Shown here in pieces: positions 55,738 through 64,000 of a stretch of 64,000 nt of DNA (positions are counted from its first letter, which is position 1; each line of letters opens with the position of its first letter). Made by a program: the position numbers and the translations under genes. Source of the stretch: Chrysomallon squamiferum (Eukaryota; Animalia; Mollusca); assembly GCA_012295275.1 (NCBI GenBank), contig CM022674.1, positions 62,001 to 126,000 on the forward strand, given 5' to 3'. Under the pieces are notes generated by a model that saw only the letters and a list, made by a program, of their open reading frames with translations, made no database searches and had not been told where the DNA came from.

Positions 55738-56193
55738 GTAGGTTTCACATCTTGTTTTTTAACTTGGGAAAGTGAAACTAAGGTAATCATTCCCAAGAAA
55801 AATTTAGTTTCAGCATCTGATACACTGCCACTCAGGATCTTTAAACCTTCAATCTAAGAAATTGTGTCAAATGCCAATTTAGTTTACCACTACTGCCAAT
55901 AACAAGGATTATGATGATGTTGATAATAATAATAAATATGTAAATAATAGGTAATGATTATAATAAAATTACTTTAATAATAATAATAATAATAATAGTA
56001 ATAAAAATAATTTTATTTCACTATTATGTGACTGAATTGGTTTATCAGTAATTTTATATTTGGATAACTGTTAAATCATTATAGACAATTCAAATGTATG
56101 ACTGTCTTTCTGTCTGTTGATCTGACTTTTGATTTTTCTGTTTGTTTTTCTTAGCATCATCTAAATCTAAATAAAAAATCTCTCAATTTGCAG

Positions 56194-56430
56194 GATTCTC
56201 TTGATTTCGGACCGTCATTCATGGATGAAGTTCTTCGCGCTTTGGACGAGAAGGAGAAGAAACTTGAGGAAAATAAGAACAGTGAAAAGCAGGATATTCA
56301 GGACAAGACTCCTACCAACCCCAGTGCTAATGGTTTTGACAGTGAAGCTCCTTTGAGAAAATCACCATCACCATCACCTGCTGAAACAAAGACACCACTG
56401 CCACCTTTACCCACAAACCCACCACGAGTG
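56194..56430 (+). CDS. Ack-like: Ack-like exon: LDFGPSFMDEVL motif and proline-rich segment
   Basis: tgcag|GAT (alternative in-frame acceptor at 56154), donor GTG|GTAAGA. Confidence 0.85.
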
Positions 56431-56640
56431 GTAAGAAGATTATAGTAGATTAATATCTTCTCTTCTATCACTAATTCTTTTAAGTTTCTGTTATGAAGGA
56501 AAATGAGAATCAGAAGCTTCTTTCTGTTTTAAATTTAAAAATAAATTTGTGACTAAATTTATTATAATTAAATGTATGAAGTGCATACAGTAGCTCGACT
56601 GGTTTAACATGCTTGTCTGCATGTTTTTTTTTCTATTCAG

Positions 56641-58637
56641 GAACCTAGAAAGTTCAGTCATTCAGAACCCAAGAAGCAGGCCAAAGTGAAACCAATGTCA
56701 GCATCTGAGGCCAAGATGATGGAGTCGGCAATAGCACTGGCCAACGAATTTGCTGACAAGTCAAACAGGAGCAACATGACCACTGAGAGCCCACCATCGT
56801 CACCAACGGCAAAGACAGACAAGATTCGAAGTGATTCAGAGAGCAGTGCAGATTCTACAAACATCATGTCTAAGATCAAGCAGTCAATAAAGAGGAGTCC
56901 AAAAACTGAGCGTAAGAGGACATTTTCAGAAGAACTGGACAACAAGCGTAACATCGAGGAGCAGCTGCCACCAGAAGCTCAGGAGGCGTACAATGTACTT
57001 GTAGTTCAGGGACCACGAGGTGAAAAGGAAAACTCACCAAAACGTCAGACTCCTGAACGCTCCTCTCCATCTCCACGGGTTTCCATGGCAACCAGTGAAA
57101 CGACAGTTTCATGTCGGATTTCATCAGTTTCGAATGAGCGATCAACACCTTCCCCACGGACGTCAACACTAACATCATCATCTTCCCCACGCACGTCCAC
57201 AGTAGCAGAGAAAACCTCGGTGTTAAACAGTGTCACTAGCAGCTCAGAAACTGTTAAAAGTGCATCTGAGTCACCTGTAAGTTCACCCAAACCTCTGGCA
57301 CCTAAACCTGTGCCAAGAGCCAGAGTTGAGGTTAAGAAGTCTGAAATACCAGTACCACGACCTCGACCTGAAGTCCACAGAGTGGAACCAATCAGACAGA
57401 TCAGTAACCAGAGCAAGGAAGAGACTCCTAAAGAAAGCTCAAAGATAGACAGTAGTGTTTCTATAGCAACACCAGCAAGTAAAGAGAAAAAGGACAGCCC
57501 ACCAGAAAAGCCTAAGAGTCGTGAAGAGTTGAAAAAGACAATAGAGCTTGTTAGAGAGAGCTCGCCAAAAAGTGAGGAAAAATTGAGCGAGGATTCTGTT
57601 AACTCATCATCATCATCACGTGCAGAATCAGAAACCAAAGAAAGTGAATCTGCAACATCCTCACTGTTTACTGAAGACTTCAGTGAGCCATCTCCAAGAG
57701 AAATCATGTCCAAGTTGGCAAGAGAGAGTAGAATTAGACGTTCACTAGACCACCAAAGAGGACTTGGCATTGGTATGGGAGATTCTACGGAAACACAGAC
57801 AAGGAGCCTGCGAGAGCCGTCTGGGATTCCAGTCAAGTCGATACCATCACCAGCTGTGGAGGAAGAGGAGGTGGACACCAACCCCCTGCGGATGCTGCGA
57901 GGGGGAGCGATCCCCATACGCAGTGGTCATGGTGCAGTAGGTACGAACACAAAACCTTCTCTTAGATACCCTAAACTAAACTTTTCACACATTCACTTGC
58001 AGCGACAGAACAGTGCACCACAATGTAATGGATGGCATGAGACTGATGAACCACCAGCCATTCCTCCTAGGACCTACAGCAGCAGCAGTGTCAGGCCAGC
58101 AAATCCTCTTCCCCTTCCTCCTAGAAAAACTGTGTTCTCTGGGACACTGAATGCTAAACCCAGAGAAAGAAAACACCCACTTAAAATTAGGGACAATTCT
58201 GATTGCATGCCCATTTCAAGACATCTCTCCTGCCCACCCCTATCTGTGTGTGATTCTGTGCATGAGTCTGCCCCTGACCTCCCTCCCCCACCACCTCCAC
58301 CTCTCGACAACGACTTCGAAGCTGAGGGAGAAGATAACGTCTTTCATTCAGATAACAATTTTCAAATTTCCTCCTCTTCTGAAATACCTCTAGCCGATAG
58401 AGCAGACTTGTTGAGGGTTATTCTCCCACCAGGGAAGTTGTGTATTAGTAAAGTTAGATGCAGTCTTGAACAGTTGGGATTTTATGACCACCAGGACCCA
58501 TTCTGGGTGCAGACACTGGCACTGCCGGAACAAAATGTTTCTCAAAGCTCGGAAGAATTATCTCCTCTTCTTCTAACTAACTACAAGAATTCTGAGAATG
58601 TGAGCTATGAGGACTTGCTAGAAATTTCACTCGATAG
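56641..58637 (+). CDS. Ack-like: Ack-like large exon: Ser/Pro-rich disordered region with PxxPxR motifs
   Basis: ttcag|GAA, 1997 nt open (covers the 651-aa ORF), phase-2 donor AG|GTAATG. Confidence 0.9.
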
Positions 58638-58657
58638 GTAATGCTTCATAACTTTAG

Positions 58658-58701
<44 letters not shown>

Positions 58702-58909
58702 TATAGAACATGGCTTTTTCTGAAAATCTTGACAGCTTTTTTGCAATGGTGTAGGTACTATTGAGGTGCTTCTTAACATTTCATATAATTCTTCATCTAT
58801 CTTCAAGTTTAATATTCTTGTTAGAGCTTATCCATTAGTTTCATAAACACACACACAAACCATGCACATGCACACATCTCACACACACACGACGTACAGA
58901 TACATACTC

Positions 58910-58948
<39 letters not shown>

Positions 58949-60765
58949 GTTGTACACACATGTAGAAATCGTCCTCTTGAAAGTAAATTTGTTGTTTAAG
59001 TTGAAAAGGTTTCTTTAAGCATGTTTTCATGTAGGATGAAATACTTTTTAAGAGTTGTTCTAAATTCTTAAAAATCATTATTGCTTAAGGATCTGATAAA
59101 GTTAATATTAGAAACTAAATTTTGTCAGATTAATCTTTGGCACAGAAATATTTGGTTTCAGATTTTATCTTCAGGCCTAGGCATTTGTTAATTGATAGAA
59201 ATTAAGTGATGAGTTTTTATTGGATAAATCCTGTAAATGTTGTTGTAGAAAGAATTAAAAGTTATCATCTAAAACTTAAAACATTAATGACAAAAAATAT
59301 TAAATAAAAATAATCATTTACTATTATACAATGGTTCTTATAAATAATTTTTATTGACAACATAAAATTTCCAAAATGTCAATGAAAATTAACTTTAAAC
59401 AACATGATAAATGCAGTAATTATTACTTAATATGATTTCTAAATAACTACTGCACTCTGCTTGAAATTAGCCTTGCTTACCACAAAAACTGCATTTGTCA
59501 ATAAACATTAGAATAGCTTCAGTCAGTTGCTGCATATTCTCAGAAGAAATAGTAACATGCTTCCATCACATAGCTGTAAACACTAGAGTAATTCAACTCA
59601 TAGCAAAACATTCATTTGTCCAGCTGATAACAATATGTAGTCTTTGTTTGGTGCATGTTACTGTGTTAATTATAAAGTAATCATTACATGTTAATTCTCT
59701 TCATGTTACTCCTTGGTTGTATGTTATTACATCTGTTGTTTTACTTCACTGATTTCCTGCTTCAGGTGTTAGGTGTAAGTCACTTCATCAGTGGTCTGTT
59801 TCAAATTATTTTGTTAGTTGTGGCTATTTGATCCACTGAATGTCTTGTTAAAAAAACCCATTTCATTTGTTGTTTGTTGAAGTCATTCATGGTTATGTGT
59901 TTAATTGATCCAAATCATGTGATTAGTTGGTTCAGTGGTTGTCCAGTGCAAGTTTACTCATTAATTCATTTGTTGACTGATTAAAATAATTTCATGGGTT
60001 TTCTATCTGAGTTACTTCATCAGTTGTCTGCTTCACCAATTATATTATTGTTTCACAGTATATTATTGGTTGTTTTGTGAATTTGGTTATATTTTTCATT
60101 TTATATTGCTTGTATGAACTTTTATTTGTTATATTAAGAGATGATAGTTTACTTGAAATAACATTTGGTTGGTTCTTGATATTGTTAAATGTATTTCACA
60201 CTTTTTTATCTCATTTCAATCATTATTCTAGTTTTATCTTGATCTGTTACCTTTTCAGTTTATGGTAACATGTTTTGGGGGTTTTATTCTTATAATTTCA
60301 AAATTTAAACTGCTAAGTTTACAGGGTCTGTTACATGTTACACATAAATATGTGTCTGTCAGTATTGTGACTGTCCTGGGATCAAGTCTCAGTAATTGTA
60401 ACAGGAAATTTTTAAAAACAAAACAACAGTGATTAATATTATGAATATAGCTAGTGAGCAAGCCATAAAGCTACACAGAATGTTGTAACATTTGTGTAAA
60501 GGAGTATGTTGACAACTTGATGGTATGGATAACAGATTTTTATCATCATGAATGTTTGCATCGAATACTAATACTACAACAGTTCTACGAGTAAACTAAA
60601 CAGTCCAATTTGGTGTGCAAATCCCAACTGTTCATGTCAAGTCATCATAAATAATCCTGTTTTATTGTGATGTCACATTCATTCTTAACATAATGTCTGT
60701 GATGTCATCACATATATTCCAGCTGCATTATGAACTTATCATGTTAATCTGCTGTGTTGTGGAAT

Positions 60766-60855
60766 AATACTGTTATGTCATCTACATTGTTAAATACTGT
60801 TATGTCATCTACATTGTTAAATACTGTTATGTCATCTACATTGTTAAATACTGTT
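60766..60855. repeat. 27-bp tandem repeat, 3.3 copies
   Basis: aatactgttatgtcatctacattgtta at 60766, 60793 and 60820, plus a partial copy. Confidence 0.92.
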
Positions 60856-61391
60856 GTCTGTATTTATATCACAATTAGTTTAACCTCACCAATTTAATTT
60901 AATTTCACTATTTCAAACAGCATTAACAGCATAAATGAAAACAACTATATCTTTATATTTTATTTTTTTTATTTTTAACTAACTTTTCTAAAAAAATAAC
61001 AAATTTCTGTCTTTCTCATTTCATTTTATTATCATTGTTATCTTTGCAATTAAAACATAACATTACAGAAAAGAGAAAAACATTTTTTAATTATTATTTC
61101 ATTTATTTTTATCTTTATTTTTTATGTCTACTTCAACAAATTATTAAAAAAACAAAACAAAAAAAGCCAGCAAACTAATAGTAATAAATTGCTTTTGTTA
61201 ATTGTGTGCATGGAGCTGCAGCTTAGGTTGCCTGTTTTTTATGAATTTACTTGGAGGTGGAGGTGTGTCTGTGTGTGTCATTTTTCTTTATTAAATATTT
61301 CTGCCAATGTTTTAGTTTCTCTTCATGCTGTCTCTTTTATGTTTTTTATAATAAGAATTAAAATAATAACAACAACAATAATAATAATAAA

Positions 61392-61445
<54 letters not shown>

Positions 61446-62867
61446 GATATTCATGATGATGATGATGATGAAAAAGAAAAATTAATAATAACTGACACTA
61501 AAGCAGTGTGTGAAAATATACTAAGTTTTATTGCTTCATATCTGATATATATCATTTGATTATCATCTCTTCATGTTTTTGGTTTTTAGGGTTTTTCTTT
61601 GATAATTTCATCAGTGCATGATAACTTCATTTGTTTCATTTTGGTTTTGTTGGAGCATGTTGATATATCGTTTTTTCTTCTCTTTTTTGCTGTGTAATTA
61701 TTTCTTCTTGTCATGCTTTTTCATTGGTTTTTGTTTCAAATCAGTATTACTCTATAAACCTCACTTCTGTTTCTCTAGTGATTAGCACATCAAATTCATT
61801 TTTGATACTTCATGAGTGTACTAAATTCTTTTTTGACATTTGTAAACTTGGTTAATTTTAACATAATTGATTCAGTAGTTTAGATGGAAAAACATTTCTT
61901 TTTAAATTTTCATTTTTATTTGTGTCTTAAAGAAGTTTTGATTTCTACTTTACTAATGGCCAATATTTATTGTATTCTTTATATATATATATATTGTTTC
62001 TTTTTCCACTGTCCTTCACTCATTAATACATTTTATTCATTTTTTTTAAAATGTGCATAGAATTTTCATATTTTCACTTAAAATATGGTTCCATGGTCAA
62101 GGTGACTTAATTTTATTTTCCTCCATACAGTTGTTGAAAAACATTTAGATGTTTTAGATTTTTCATTATGCAGAATAAGTATTATTACTGTTTTATAAAC
62201 ATGATTGATTTGCAACGAAACTGAAGTAACCCAGTCTTATTTTAATATTGAGTGCTTTAAGAGTAATCTCCCCTCATTAACATTTACTTGTCTATCTTTT
62301 AACAGCTGTTTTTCCCACTATTTACATTACAAAACTTTTAATAGAAGTGCCATTGTCATTTTATTTTATCTTGGTTACTGAAAATGTCAAGTTATATCAG
62401 CTGCTAGAAACAGTGCAAGTTTTATAATACCTTGTCTTTTAATGAGATGCAACTTTGTCTTTTCTTTTCTTTTTTATTATTTATTTTTTTTAGTGCAGAA
62501 GATAATGTAGTTATCTATTCAGTTAATGAATTATTTGTTTCTTTTGTTTAGTATTTCTTCTAATTATTACTATTAATGTTGATTTGTATTTACTGATGTT
62601 TCTGTTTTGATTTAAAACTGAATTTCTTACAGAAAACTGACAGTATTGAGCAAAATGTTTTTTTATATCTGTTCATTGCATAATGTTCAGAATCTAATTT
62701 ATTTAGTTTTTGGTATTTAATTCATGTTTGCCTCTGAGAAGATTTCTTACAACAGTTCATTTATTCTTATTATATCTAAGTATTATTAATAATGTCTTTA
62801 GAACAAATTTTTAATCAGTAATGCTGCAAATGATGTGAATTAAAAGGAAAATGTGCTATATTATATT

Positions 62868-62905
<38 letters not shown>

Positions 62906-63268
62906 TTTAATTTTTTTTTATGAAATGATGAACAGTTAGTAAACTAGAAAAAGCAAATAATTACATTATTAATCTGTATTTTTTAAAATACATCCTTAGA
63001 TTTAAAACCTTATGAATAATAACTATAATTACAAAAAAAAAAAAAAAAAAAAAAACAACTTACTAATGATAATAATTTAAAAAAAATATATAAATGAAGT
63101 AAATAAATAATAATTTTCTTTCTTCTTTTACAACAGTTGTGTATGTGTTAAGTGTGTCTGTGTGTCTGTGTGTTTGTATGTAATTTTTTATTTTATTTTA
63201 TTTTTTTCCATTCATATAATATAACTTTTATGTAGTTATTTTATTTATTTATTTATTTATTTTTATTG

Positions 63269-63336
<68 letters not shown>

Positions 63337-63346
63337 TTCACTTCAG

Positions 63347-63398
63347 GGAGAAGAATTGTGAAGAGGTAGAAATATTGCAGACTTTATTTTCTAATGAG
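63347..63398 (+). CDS. Ack-like: Ack-like exon: start of UBA region (EKNCEEVEILQTLFSNE)
   Basis: ttcag|G completes Arg from the phase-2 donor at 58638; donor GAG|GTAAGT. Confidence 0.85.
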
Positions 63399-63567
63399 GT
63401 AAGTTGTAATGATTATAGAATGTCACGGTAAATAAATGTGATCTTTTTCTCTTTTCTTTTTGTCAATATTTACAGAAAGCTGTGTATGAAGAAGATGTAC
63501 TGAACATTGTTAAATTATTAAAATTGTAAATTTCATTTTAAATCCAGGTTTTATTATTGATGATTCA

Positions 63568-63771
63568 TTTTTCTTGTTTCAGTTGAGTGTAGCTGAGTGT
63601 ATTAAAAGTTTATTTTCTTGTTTCAGTTGAGTGTAGCTGAGTATTAAAAGTTTATTTTCTTGTTTCAGTTGAGTGTAGCTGAGTATTAAAAGTTTATTTT
63701 CTTGTTTCAGTTGAGTGTAGCTGAGTATTAAAAGTTTATTTTCTTGTTTCAGTTGAGTGTAGCTGAGTGTA
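63568..63771 (+). repeat. 42/44-bp tandem array duplicating the last-exon splice acceptor
   Basis: ttttcttgtttcAG|ttgagtgtagctgag with AG ending at 63582, 63626, 63668, 63710 and 63752. Confidence 0.95.
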
Positions 63772-63968
63772 TGCGTGTGTTAGAGCTGACTCAGTGGGAT
63801 GTACAAAAAGCTGTGAAATATGTGAAGCTCAAACAGCTGCTGAGTACTCAACTTGGAGATGTTCAACAATGCAAGGAGGCTTTAATCGCCTGCGCCTGGG
63901 ACGTCAGGCAGGCTGTGGAACACTTGGTTCGACACCCTGCACCTTGCCATGACGTTGTAGACGTTTGA
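63753..63968 (+). CDS. Ack-like: Ack-like terminal exon: tandem UBA-like domains, stop TGA
   Basis: ECxxxLxxxxWDVxxAVxY-KLxQL...CxxALxxxxWDVxxAVxxL is the ACK-family C-terminal UBA pattern; phase 0 entry. Confidence 0.9.
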   Translation: MSVAECMRVLELTQWDVQKAVKYVKLKQLLSTQLGDVQQCKEALIACAWDVRQAVEHLVRHPAPCHDVVDV

Positions 63969-64000
63969 CTGACTTCATGTACAAACATACAGTTGCTATA

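Noticed and set aside
57045-57917. 290-aa antisense ORF
   Set aside because: Shadow of the low-complexity sense exon; no domain features.

Overview
AT-rich, microsatellite-rich animal genomic DNA (probably an invertebrate; the taxon cannot be fixed from sequence alone). One plus-strand gene fills the window: a non-receptor tyrosine kinase of the ACK family, Ack-like/PR2 branch. I assembled by hand a 16-exon, phase-consistent GT-AG model from ATG 30515 to TGA 63968 (about 1418 aa): SAM - tyrosine kinase - SH3 - CRIB - long Ser/Pro-rich region - tandem UBA-like C-terminus. Three unusual things stand out. (1) The SH3-to-low-complexity segment appears to hold a full BORG/CDC42EP-like module (basic segment, CRIB, FGD motif, and an LDFGPSFMDEVL motif resembling the septin-binding BD3). 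(2) There are two tiers of candidate alternative first exons: phase-1 exons that join the SAM exon (two are paralogous and look like mitochondrial presequences) and phase-0 exons in the 15.5-kb SAM-kinase intron that would replace SAM (one myristoylation/palmitoylation-like, one downstream of a perfect CRE). (3) Splice junctions are tandemly amplified five-fold at both ends of the CDS, and every extra copy leads to a stop (SAM-only or UBA-less products). A Tigger4/MER46-like transposon end and several minisatellites are also present. All isoform claims are predictions that need RNA data, and family similarities come from recalled sequences, not searches.
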